The notes under the pieces were generated by a model. The model was not told where the DNA came from and did not search any database. It worked only from the letters and a program-made list of their open reading frames with translations. Below are positions 34,852 through 56,690 of a stretch of 64,000 nt of DNA, piece after piece (within the stretch, counting starts at the first letter, position 1; every line of letters starts with the position of its first letter). Origin of the DNA: the human T2T-CHM13v2.0 reference genome, Homo sapiens; NCBI RefSeq assembly GCF_009914755.1, contig NC_060939.1. One strand, written 5' to 3'. The position numbers were made by a program, and so were the translations under genes.

Positions 34852-36162
34852 TAAGATTTTTTTATCCAGTTAGTAAAAGGAAGATGTGTCTCTCTTTATA
34901 CATATGTACAAGTTCAGTTATAAAAATAGCACATTCAAAGAGAAAAGGCTTGGCATTTTTCTGATTCCCTCTAAATAGCATCTGTACACAGGAATCTGGG
35001 TTTGAGCAGGGGAATCTTAATGATTTAAATTAAATGATTCCCCTATACCCCCTACTCCAAAAAAGTTTTAAAAATCAATCTATCGAAACTCAATTCCGCG
35101 ATTTTCAGGTGTGCAAATCAGAGGCTTGCCCGCCCGGAGGTACCTGCTCCACCAGGGACATCAGGCAGGGACAGGCAGAAACACCTCCCATGCAAACACT
35201 GCCCCTCTGTCTCTACTGGAGGGCAGCAAGCTCAGGCTGGCCGGGCTGGGAGGGCCGGTGCCGAGCCTGCCCCCTCTCTCCGCCCTCTTCACCTCACTCC
35301 TGCTGTCCCTTCCTCTCTCAGTGCAATATAGACAGTGCATACAGCCAAGCAGGGGACTGAAGGGCATGAGCAGGGAGACTGTGCATTCAGGATGGGCAAA
35401 GGGGACTCTGCAAGAGGGGCAGTGAGGCTGTCCTGCTGATTGAGGTGGCTCCTGGTCTCTTTACTGGCTTCTGGGAGTCCCCTGGGTGGAAGGTGCTACG
35501 GTTGCTGGTAGGATCTGAAGGTTCTCTTGGTGTGAACCATGCAGGATGGGAGGAATTGCTGGGAACACAACTGCCTGTGGATAGACTTCCTCTAGCCTCT
35601 ACCATGCTTAGCGGCCTCCACCATCTCTCGCAGTCACTGCTCTCTCCAATGATGACACTCTGGGGTTCAGAGACCTGGGGAGCTGCCTGAAGACTGTGGA
35701 CAACAGGTATACAATCTCCCTTACTAGCCCTATGAGAAATCACACTCTTAAGAGAAATCTCTACCATGGAAGGCTCTTCACAGCACCTGCGGAGACTTTG
35801 CAAGGGACGTGTCAGAGCCGAAGAGTGGAATCGGGATGGAAACAGTATGCCTGAGCATCTAAAGGGGGTCTGTGTCAGGCTTGCCCCGTGAGAGGTTTAA
35901 GACTTGGCTATACAGTTCACTTGAGATGCAGTGGGGCTGATCCATGCCCTGTGGCCTTCCTCCTACAGGCACCCCAGATGCTCCTGATGAGACACAGATG
36001 ATAAAAGTGCTCACACCATCCACCTGCCTGTCCTTCCCCTGCTGGACATTTCCACTTCTGACTCAGGATGCAAGATGCTGCACGGGCAAGCCATCCAAAG
36101 ACCACTGGCAGGTCAGGACTCTAGCCCTGGTTTGGTTGAAGGAAGTCGGAGGGCCCAGATGG

Positions 36163-36380
36163 TTACCGTCCTCCAGAGGGGTTGGTGCCTTTGCCCTGTT
36201 TCCGGACCAGAGAGTCTGGGGCTAGGCTGCTGGTCATGTGGAGGTTCTTGGGATTCCCAGGAACATTATTTCCCTTGCTCAAAGGGGAACTCAAAGGAGA
36301 AGAGGCGCTTGAAGGTCCAAAGTCAGCAAGGCCAGCAGGCCGAACAAGGGATGTCTGCAGAGGACTGCTGGCGGAGATTC
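36163..36380 (-). CDS. INO80: INO80 last coding exon (ISASSPLQ...NPSGGR*)
   Basis: Acceptor CCCCACAG; frame continues from the previous exon; TAA at 36163-36165. Confidence 0.93.
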
Positions 36381-38084
36381 CTGTGGGGACGGAGAGAGAC
36401 AAGAACGTAAGCACCAGTCCCGCGTAAGCTTCCTTGGAGCCTGTGGCCTTGGTTACCAGAGTCTGAGCTGGAGGAGAAGTGGTGGGCAATTCCTCCCTGC
36501 CACTCCTTGCTAACAACTTCTTGGCATGTTTGCTTGCTCTTCCTGTCAACTGTCTTTTCAGTAAGAGGAATAGATTTTTAAGAGAAAATGATACCTACCC
36601 AACCCTCTCTATACTACTTCATCCACAGATGGTAAAATGTTCATCTTGACACTCTAGATAGAGCACACATTTTACAATCTGAGACACCAAAGTTACAGGA
36701 TGAGAGCTGTAACTTACTAGGCACAAACAGGTTTTTCCTTTCTTCTTTCTTGGAACATCAAGTTTGATAAGATGTTTCCTTTTCAATTTCATGCTCCTGC
36801 TACTCTCCAGTAAGTCGGGCCAGAGGGTACAAGGCTGCCCACTCTCTATCCTGTGTCTATATTCATACAGTTCTCCTTGCGCTGGCAATGGCCACCCCTG
36901 CTCTCCAAGGCCTGTGTCACTTCAAGGGCACAGCTCAAATCCCCCATCTTCAGTGATGACTCCCTGGGCAACAGTGAACTTCCCTTTTTCCTACATAAGC
37001 CAAATCCACTTACATGTGATAACACATTGATTCTTCAATTGTTTCATATGTACTGGTTTTACTTTCCAAAAAAGAATTCTAAGTGCTTGATGGGCAGACA
37101 TGTCTCTCTCCTCATCCACGGGTACTCTCTGAACCACTCCTTTCCCTTGATTTCCATTTCCAGTTGCCAAGCACTGTTGGTTTTTCTTGTGCTGCTCTAC
37201 CCCCTCTATCTCCCTCACCCTTTCTGCCCTCTACACAGTGCAGGTTCTGAGGAGAAACCCTGATGAGTATATGCAATGCCCCAGCCATGGGTGAGACCCT
37301 GCCACGGCAGCCTGGACTACTGGCATGACTGTTGTTTTCCAAGGATGTGGTAAGTTGGCAAAGGGCTAAGAAACACTGGGCGAGGCTATTATACTTCATA
37401 TTTCCTCTATCATACTTCATATTTCCTGGAAGAACCAATAAATGAAAGCTGAGATTTCTGCAGTAAGAGAAAAGGCAAGTAAACTAACAATTACTGAGCA
37501 ATTACTACACTCCAAGCACTTTCTATACTAGTATGCCTTTACTTGCTACAACTATGAGCTCATACTAAGCCCACGTATTGAATGGGAAGAAAGGTCTGTA
37601 AGTGGCTCTCTCTTTCTCACCACACTCAAATGTCCTGTACTTTATAGCTACAATCATCCTTCACATATCACGGTCAGAACAGCCACTTTTTTCCTCAAAC
37701 TGTCTGCAGCCCCTTGTCACACATCTGCTAAGCTCCTGCCCAGCAGGCCTCGCCATGTGTTTACAACCTTGACTCCTACTGCTCCTCTTCCATGGAACCT
37801 AAGCTGCTCAGTGACCCCCAGTATGCCTTGGCCACTGCCAGCTCTCTGTCACCAGTCCAAATCCTTCCTCATTCTTCTCCTCCCTTTTGAATACAGACAG
37901 GCAACTTATCAGCAGGACCATGGTTCCCTCTCCTCCTGACCTACAACTGCTGTGGCTGCCTTCTTTTCATTCCCCTGTATTTTGCCGTGGATTGCTGTTA
38001 AGAGTACTGCATGCATGGCTTCCCCTTCTCATTGCTATTATACACTCAGGAGCAAGGTCCATGTGGAATACTCCTTTTTACGTT

Positions 38085-38378
38085 TTTTAGTTTTTGAGAG
38101 AGTCTTGCTCTGTCACCCATGCTGGAGTGCAGTGACCTGATCTCAGTGCACTGAAACCTCCACCTCCAGGGTTCAGTCAATTCTCGTGCCTCAGCCTCCC
38201 AAGTAGCTGGGACTACAGGCGTGAGCCACCACGCCCATCTAATTTTTTGTGTTTTTTGGTAGAGACAGGGTTTCCTCATGTTGGCCAGGCTGGTCTCGAA
38301 CTCCTGGCCTCAAGTGATCTGCCTGCCTCAGTCTCCCAAAGTGTTGGGATTACAGGTGTGAGCCACTGTGCCTGGCCC
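38085..38378 (-). mobile_element. Alu
   Basis: Alu consensus. Confidence 0.88.
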
Positions 38379-38790
38379 ATGTGGTATACGCCTATGCATG
38401 CAGCAGGTGCCTCATATCTAGGTGATAAATCACACAGCTGAATGAACGTTAACTATGCTAATTTGGATTACTAAAATGTGGATCTCAGAAATGAAAGCCT
38501 AGGAAGAAAACAAATCCCCAAAGCAAGAAAAATTCAGAATGTTTAAAGTAGTACAGTTCACAATTCAGCTCTCCCTTTTTACAACTACTTCCAATCCACA
38601 GACAGCCCTGTACCGTCAGGAGGGCAAGGGGTGAGTCAACAGTGCTTATTACAAAGAAGAAGAACCCCAATTGGGGCTCTAGGAAGAAAGCTCCCGGCTT
38701 CAGGGTTTCCTACATGTTCTACCTGACTGACAGAATTTCTAGACTGTCTCTGACCAGAACAAAGTCTGCAGCCACCCTGGGCTTCTGTAC

Positions 38791-39006
38791 CTTTAGACAC
38801 GTTGTACCCGTATGCGGCATAGGCAGCTGCAGAGGCCGCTGCAGCCCCGGCTTTGGCTCCTGCCATTGCAGCAGCACTGCCTGCCGTGGACTTTCGGCTC
38901 CGGCCCTTCCCTGCTCCTTTGGCTGTGCTTCCTGAACCTTTGGGGCGGCCTCGGCTTCGGGCTGAGTGACCACGTCCTGCAGCTGGCATTTCCTGAATGG
39001 AAATTC
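38791..39006 (-). CDS. INO80: INO80 coding exon (ISIQEMP...RGRPKG...AAYGYNVSK)
   Basis: AG/GT boundaries, 216 nt, phase 1-1. Confidence 0.93.
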
Positions 39007-39690
39007 CTGTGGGAACAAATGGGCCAAAAGGGAAAGAAAAAAAAAAAAAGTCAATCTCCAAGATGTTAACATCACCTTCTCCTGACAGGGAAAGCGAGCT
39101 CTTAGGGCATTTGTTTTAGGACCCATGAGGAGGTCTATGTCTCCACTTAATGATGGCTAGACCACTGAGTCACACAGAATACTAAGAATTCTAAACAATG
39201 AAAACATCCTAACTCCTCAAGCTGCTTTTCATTCTGAAGAGCAGTTACATTACTCCTGAGTTTCCTCTTTAAATTTGTCCATTACAAAGGGAAGCGACTT
39301 GCTACCTGGGACTCATCTGCACACTCTAATGTGCTCTTGCCTTGGAGAGTCAAATTTTACCCTCGAGTTTTGAACCCAGAGCTCCCCAAGAAATGGCAGC
39401 AACACTAGACCCCACACAGCAAAGTGAGGAAAGGCCCAGAAAAGCTAACATTAATTAAAAATCAGCAAAAATAATGGTGAATCTGAAAGTCGGGGATGAC
39501 TAGAAAAGTTTTAAATCTTTATAAAGTTACTTATTTTGCTTTCCCTAAACCTCGTTTTCTCATTTCACTTGACAAAGCTATTGAAAGAATAAAAATACCA
39601 TTATCCTAGAAGGAATCAGGACCTTACCCACAACCAAACCAGTGCTGGGCAGTGGACCAGGCCCAAGCTGTACAAGACAGCAGCAATTAC

Positions 39691-39850
39691 CATTCACGGT
39701 ATCTGAGACGGAGCCTGTTATGGATGCGGGAGAGTTGGTAGCTCGAGACTGAGGGGCTGAGGAGGCTGGGTCATCCACAATGACCAGCATGTCACTGCTG
39801 CTCTCGTCCAGGGGAATGGAGCCAGTGTGCAGCTCACTGCTGATGGAGAT
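39691..39850 (-). CDS. INO80: INO80 coding exon (ISISSELHTG...SVSDTVN)
   Basis: AG/GT boundaries, 160 nt. Confidence 0.93.
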
Positions 39851-40125
39851 CTAGAAGAGGAAGGGTTAAGATCATTACGACCCCCTGTGCTCACCGCCCA
39901 TGGCCTTGCACCCAGCTAGGAACATGCTTCACAGTTGAGGCTGCTTTGGCTTCTGAGAAACCAACCTGTCCTCATTTGTTTTTCTCCTTACAGACCTCAT
40001 GTGCAACCTACTTCAACAAGGCTGGAGAACTCCAGGAGAAGCAAAGACTGCCCAGCAGTGTGTCCCTGCTACACGGTCAGGACACTCCTTACGGCTGTGA
40101 TGCAGGCATCTAAAAGGAGCCTCAC

Positions 40126-40281
40126 CTCACTGAAAGGGCTTGGCATGGCTGAGTCCACGCTAATGAAGGAGTCATCTCCGTCAGCAGAGAGGTTGGAGTT
40201 ATCAGCCGAGGGAACAAATGGGATCACCAGGTTCACACCCTCTTTTCTCCTTTTCCCATCCAATTCATCTTCTTTTTTCTT
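40126..40281 (-). CDS. INO80: INO80 coding exon (KKKEDELDG...PSPFSE)
   Basis: AG/GT boundaries, 156 nt. Confidence 0.93.
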
Positions 40282-41265
40282 CTGGGAACACACGGATAAA
40301 TATGGAAAACGTGTGAGGATGCACCCCAAAAGAAAAGCGGGATTTGGGAAGAAAAGGATAACAGAACTTTTATTCTTTAGTTTATAAACTTCTCAATTAG
40401 CATATTTTTACGGAAGAAAAACTGCATAAGGAAGAAGGGATAGCTTAACAGGAGTTTGTGTGTATTTCAGTCGAGTACTGTGGCACATGCCTGTAATTCC
40501 AACTACTTAGGCTGAGGTGGGAGGATTACTTGAGCCCAGAAATTGGACCCCAGCTCAAAAGAAAAAAAAAAAAAGAGCTTATGAATATCTGCCACAATAA
40601 TAGAGTTTAAAGTTGGGGCAGTCACACTGAACCAGAGCCACACCAACCCTGATCCTAATGGGCCGAAGAGCCTCACCAGCCGCTGGCACATCCAGCACTT
40701 ATTGAGGCTGACTGAATGCAGTCCCACAAAAGAGAGGGCCAATGCTTTCAATATATTTTCTACATATCTGTTTTTAAGACAAATTTTTAAGACAGTTCAA
40801 ATCCTTGGTGTGAACTAGAGAAAAAGAGATGAACAGACATTTAGAAATAAACCGGGGGTTTATTTTTCTAGTGACAGATGACACTGAGTGGTACACTAGC
40901 AGAATTATGGTAGGTTTGTGGATCTCATGACCTCTTAGGCCCCTTCTAAGATTCTATGGAGCCTTATAAGTAATGCCCATCTTAGTCACATTTTAGCCTT
41001 CCACGCTTTGTAACAGCCCTGACAAATGGTTTCCATAATTAAACTGTGACCACCGTAAGGGTGAGTTTGTGTGGAGAGTACAGATCTACCAAGGCCACAT
41101 TTCTCCTGAGCAAAGCGTGAGTCAGCCCAGAAATGTAGCTGATCATACACAGCTGGAGCTTGATAGCAACCAGTAACCAAGATGAGAAGCCATGTACCCC
41201 AAAGCCTTTTTGGTAAGTACCCCAGGCCCCATTAGCCCCTATCCACCATTCCAGGCTGGAAATAC

Positions 41266-41354
41266 CTTCTCTGCATACTTTTCCCGCTTCCGCTTGCGCT
41301 CTTTCACTCGGTTGGTTTCCTCCTGTTGCCGTTTCTCTTCCTGCCGCAGCCTCA
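41266..41354 (-). CDS. INO80: INO80 coding exon (RLRQEEKRQQ...REKYAEK)
   Basis: AG/GT boundaries, 89 nt; phase matches both neighbours. Confidence 0.92.
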
Positions 41355-41551
41355 CTATCAAGAAAATGAATTAAGACCTGATGAAGTACCTGTGGTAATC
41401 ATAATCCTCACTCTCTTAATTAAGGTGGCCATATCCCCTGATGTTTATTTTCCAAGTATCACTTCTATCTGTTTAAGGCAGATAACCAGTGGTTTTCTAA
41501 CTTGGATTCTCAATTTTGGGTTTAAATCACACTCTTATTTTAAGCATTATG

Positions 41552-42860
<1,309 letters not shown>

Positions 42861-43018
42861 TACAAACACATTCTTGTTTGGGTTTTTATATAAAATATGA
42901 GCACAAAAATACTTTCCCTAAATACAGCCTCTGGCTTTGCCTACCCTTGGCACACAGCCAAGTACCTCTTCCATTCTCAGATACGTGAGGGGAGTGTATA
43001 GAGGTTTAGAGTACATAC

Positions 43019-43121
43019 GTTTCTTCTCCAACTCTTCGTCGTCTAGAAGAAGACTAACCACCTCTTTGGGTTTCAAGGTATCTGGTTTGAAGTTCCCACC
43101 TGAAATCACCATCCGCTGAAT
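43019..43121 (-). CDS. INO80: INO80 coding exon (IQRMVISGGNFKPDTLKPKEVVSLLLDDEELEKK)
   Basis: AG/GT boundaries, 103 nt. Confidence 0.95.
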
Positions 43122-43743
43122 CTACACCAAAGCAGATCAAAATGTCACCTCCAGGCATCCATTCCCTTATGGCAAATATCCAGAAAAAGATACACATCGT
43201 TCTCAACCCACTCCTCAGGGGAGGCCTCTGGTTTCCTATTTCTTCTTTTCTCCCTTTTCATTTCAGTTCATCTGATTGGCTCATCCAGATTATTTGTCCG
43301 ACAGAAGGAAAATGATAACTTCTTTGCTTGGAACTGCTAACTAGAAAATCTAAGGCTACTGAATCAGGATGAAAAAAACAAAAAATAACAAATTTGGCAT
43401 ACAATTCAGAGGCAGATAAGCTGAGAGTACTAGGATAGGAACTAAAAAATGTCCATCCTTCTTCCACTGAATGCGAGAGGCCATTACCGGTGTCAGTCTC
43501 CACATGAACAACAGCTGGATCCAGGCTATGGAAACCATTCTAGGGGAAAGGGAATGAGGCATGGCCAGGGAAGTCAAAATTGCTATTGCATGGGACCTGA
43601 TTTTATTTTCTATTCAGAAGAAATTGTAGTTTCGTCAGGACCAATGAAAGGCAAGAGAGTTTTAAAATAGTCTCAATGCAGTCAATGTGGTTGGACTTTC
43701 TGTTTGCTCCACCAGTGTAGGAATTTCTTTCTCTTGTGCTTAC

Positions 43744-43902
43744 CTCACTCTTCTCCTTGGCTCTTTGCAGAATGCGTTCTTCAATGGTGCCTTTACAGAT
43801 GAGCCGGTACACAGTAACCTGCTTTGTCTGCCCTAAGCGGTGGGCCCTGTCCATGGCCTGCTGGTCCACAGTGGGGTTCCAGTCGCTATCATAGAAAATC
43901 AC
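43744..43902 (-). CDS. INO80: INO80 coding exon, SNF2 helicase motif VI ([21 protein letters not shown])
   Basis: AG/GT boundaries, 159 nt; conserved SNF2 motif. Confidence 0.97.
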
Positions 43903-44389
43903 CTGCATAGAATATAGCAAAAACTGAAGCACTCTTAGGGAAGGACCAGAAATTCTGAGAGCAACCCAGCCAATTGTCTGTTTGCGAGTTTGGCGTCAGT
44001 AGGGTCTGATTCGTTTCTATGATATTGAGCTAAGTAAGATACATCTTAGAAGATACAAAGCCGTTCCTTCACATGCCCTGAGCAAAAGATACATGCTCCT
44101 GTTTTATTTTTTTCAGTTTTCACTTAAAAAGAGTGGCAATAATATTAATAGTTAAAACGTAGTGTTTAGTACATTAATAACATTAACGGTTAACACTTAT
44201 AGTGCATTGTTCTAAGTGCATTAACTCATTTAAATCCCAGAATTATCACTGTTATTTGTGCTGAGAAAAAAAATCCCATAATCGTCATTATTTAAATGCT
44301 GTTAAGACTCACATATTTTGTAGTTTAGGAGAATGAGGCACAAATGAGCTAGACAATTTATCCAAGATCACATTGCTTAACTAAGCACC

Positions 44390-45115
<726 letters not shown>

Positions 45116-46254
45116 CACTGGGGCTATGTTGGAAACAGGCATGGCTTTCCCTAGAATTCTCAGGCTCTCATCAACAGTCATTTACTAGCCCATGAATTCC
45201 CAGGATGGAATGTTTAAAGGGTTCTCTGGAAGTGACTTCTAGTTTGCTGAGCAACAAACAAATTAACAACAAAATATATCACCACTAAGTGAGTGATCCT
45301 AAAACAAACTCCTCAGTCCTCAACCCTTGAGGCTACCATCCAACATGGCGGACCAGTTCAAAATGGCCCTCATATCTCATGTGTTGTCCTTTATATCCAA
45401 TCAAAAGTCACCAAATCCAGCCACTGCTTCAAAAATGAACCTGTCCTTTCTACTGTAACAATCCCACTGTTTCCATTCTAGACCAGGCCCTCACAACCTA
45501 CATCTGGATTAGCACTCTGTTACATCAGCAGGACTCTTAGATCTCGGTCTCTTTCCTCTTCAGTCTACCTTGGCTACCACTGTGGGCCACTCCAGCTCTC
45601 TGCCAGTTACACACCTGCCTCAGCCTCCTGAGTAGCTGAGATCACAGGTGCCTGCCACCATGTCCAAACTCTCCTAAATAATCAGGCCCTGCTATAGAGA
45701 GCCAACTTTATTTTCTATTCTTTCCTAACACAAATATGCCCTTTCCCTTTAGTCAGATGGGTCTCTTCAGTGGTCCTGGCTTATAATACATTTGTGTACA
45801 CCTCTTATTGCTCAAGCTGTTTCTCTGAACTAGAATCCCAAAACTCTTCTTTATTGGTCCTTTCAGGTTTAGTTCAAGCTTCTAGGAAGCTCGCCCTGTT
45901 TTCTCTTGCCTATAATAATGTCTCCTTTTCTTTTCTTATCCCTATTCCCCCTGGATTCCTATTAGAAATAATAATGGCTAAAATTTGTTGGGTACTTATG
46001 AGCCCAGGACTAGTATGCATATATCTCTCACTGAATTCTAAAAAAAAAAAAATCCTATGTCTATCCTCCATCTTACAAGCAAGGAAGAGACTGGTCTGAA
46101 ATCACAGCAAGGGGCTGGGGTGGGGAGTGACCTAACAGTCTCCCTCCACAACCTACAGTAGTAACAAAACTTGGCATTGCCTACCTACCTTGGTCCAAGT
46201 CCCCACTTAATCACTAACTTCTATGGTGTCAATTATTTCATGTGTACTATTTGA

Positions 46255-46473
<219 letters not shown>

Positions 46474-46664
46474 TAGCACAGGTTAGAATCCTTGGGAAGA
46501 ACAATGTAAACTGCTGGCGAAAGAAAGTCACCGTGAATGCTTATTGTTAATCTAGTGTCCTGCAAACCTAAGATTTAGAAGTGCACAATGCTTGTTGCCT
46601 CTAGAGGAACTTAACAAACCTGACCACACGACATTTTGGTTTCAAAGAGGACATAAGAACTTCC

Positions 46665-46702
46665 AGAAGACCAAGTTTGAACTAGAAGACCAAGTTTGAA
46701 CT
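46665..46702. repeat. 19-bp tandem duplication
   Basis: AGAAGACCAAGTTTGAACT x2. Confidence 0.92.
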
Positions 46703-47689
46703 TTCAGGGAGAACAGAGCTAACAAAAGTGAAGACCTTCAGTTGGACTAGAGGATAACATTACTTGCCCAGTGTATTTTTTTCATCTTTTTTTCTGGTTC
46801 ATGTTGTCCCATGATGCCCAATGTATTTAAAATGACCACAAATGTGGAATTTGAGGGCTGATGTCACACCCAAAAGACAGTATCTTGAGCTGTCTAAGCT
46901 TGAGGCTATGGTTCAGCATGAATTCATAATGTGGGGATGTGGGTGGTGGAGGTGGGTGGAGGGAGAGCCATATAATGAATTGTTTCATAAGTACTGTCTT
47001 AACATTTACATTTTTTCCTAGAAGACCCAGTGGCAACCAAACCTGATTCAACTTGTGTTCTTTTGAGCTCATGAACAGTAAGATTAAAGCCTAAGGAGAT
47101 GGGTTTACAATCTTAACTTCAAAAATCTCCAAATATAGAAGATATTTATCCTTTACATGGATTCCAAGAGGTGGGGAATTTGGGAGGAAAACAGAAAAAA
47201 ATAGGATTGTTTAGAAAAATACCTGTGCAGCGGAAAATATGAAATACGTACAAACTAATAGGTTAAGAACAAGAGTGAGAGAACTAAAAACCAAGGCAGA
47301 TGTATGGTTACCATCTAATCTAACACTGAATTAACCGTGATGTGAACTGGAGGGAGTGGTGAGGGAGACAATGCACCACTGTGGAACAGGGATGATGCCT
47401 ATATTTGGCAGTTGGGTTTATGGAGCTCAGTGAGACATTCCAGAAAAAAACAAGTAACAATTAAAGGATTAGAACAACTGATTTAACTAGGAAAGATTAA
47501 GGCAAGTCAATCCACAAAGCGTGGCCCAGCAGTGACTAAGGAGAATTAGTAGTCAATGCCTTCATGACATTGTAAACACCAAGCAGGGCAGGCACAAGGG
47601 AAGAGAGGTGAGAGTTACCATGCGGTAGAGGGGCCTGGCTGTATAGGTCAGTGAGAAGGAGTTTCAGGGGATGAGAGAATGAGATTTAA

Positions 47690-48003
<314 letters not shown>

Positions 48004-48684
48004 AAACAGGAAAATTTCTAGAAGAACAAGTGGGAAAAGTTGGACCAACACTTGGAGGGTGGAGCTTTTTCTCCCAAGAGAATAAGCGGAGGTTCGGCCT
48101 CTGCAGAGGGCTAAAAGCTGTCCTGTGAGACAGGACTTCTTGAATCCCTGCAAAGGGAGAAAAGCTCTTCATTCTCACTACACATAAGCATTTAAAACAG
48201 GTCTGACACAGAAACACAAACAGTGCAGTTTATAACAACCCCTTACTAAACAGAGTCAAATGCAAAGACAACCCTACTTCAGGAAGCATATACAGTGACA
48301 CAGTAAAAGGCAGCTGCCATACATCATTTGCTAAAACCATGTTTTTACTAACCAAGTAGGCCAGATAGAGTCCCACTATTTATAAATACATTTTTACATA
48401 TGCATTCTCAATCATAAGACATTAGGTTTTTCCTGACATTTTTAGGTTGATTAATCTCTTCCTTGTCCATAAATGGTTCTGGGGAAATCCCAAAGCTAAA
48501 TAAATCTCAGGGCAAAGGAAAAATGCCAGACAAGCAACTAATCCTACTGTTTCTCTAGCAACACACACACAGTATATCCTCGGAATTAATTTCAATCTTG
48601 CTGTCTCATTTTTCTAAGAACTATTCCAGGAGCTTCTGATTTACAAGTGAATCCCCAAGCCCTTCCCCCAAAATTAAAATGTAA

Positions 48685-53230
<4,546 letters not shown>

Positions 53231-53461
53231 CTTGTTCAAAGAAAATGAATAGTAAAGTCCATAAGGAAAGCTAAAATACTCTAGTTCCAGTCAAAGAGCA
53301 ACTAGAGTCTTTTAACACAAGAGGCAAAGAAATAAAAAGTTTGCAAGTTTGTGACACAAAAGCAAAGGGTAAAACAAACAATGCCATATTAGAAAAACCT
53401 ACATAGTAGGTTTCATAGTAGAAAACCTGCATATCTAGTTGATTGTGCTCTCATTACTTAC

Positions 53462-53534
53462 TGTGTCTGCAGCAGTGAGATTGATACCCAGTCCTCCAGC
53501 TCGTGTGCTTAACAGGAACACAAAGATGTCATTC
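53462..53534 (-). CDS. INO80: INO80 coding exon, helicase motif V ([24 protein letters not shown])
   Basis: AG/GTAAGT boundaries, 73 nt; SNF2 motif. Confidence 0.97.
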
Positions 53535-53906
53535 CTGCAGAAAAGGGAGAGATATGTTAAAGGAAAAACTGAAAAGAAAAAATGGCATGTATCAATAGAG
53601 AGAGATCTCTGAATACAGAACATAAAGTCTAGGACTAAAAAGAGTTTTGGTGGTTACCTAGGCCTGACTGTATTTCTGTAAAGCATTATACAATGTTGCT
53701 CTGTTGTTACAACCAAACATGGAGGTCATCTTCCAATTTGCAGATAAACTTTTGCTGCCCACTAATAGATGACTGATAGGCAACACAAGTATAAACATGT
53801 AGCAAATATAACAGAAAAATGTTACCATAGATGTACAGACCTCTCTCACTGTCATATTTTTAAATCAAACCATTCCTAGCTTCCTGGTTTTCTCTAAGAA
53901 TCATGA

Positions 53907-56690
<2,784 letters not shown>

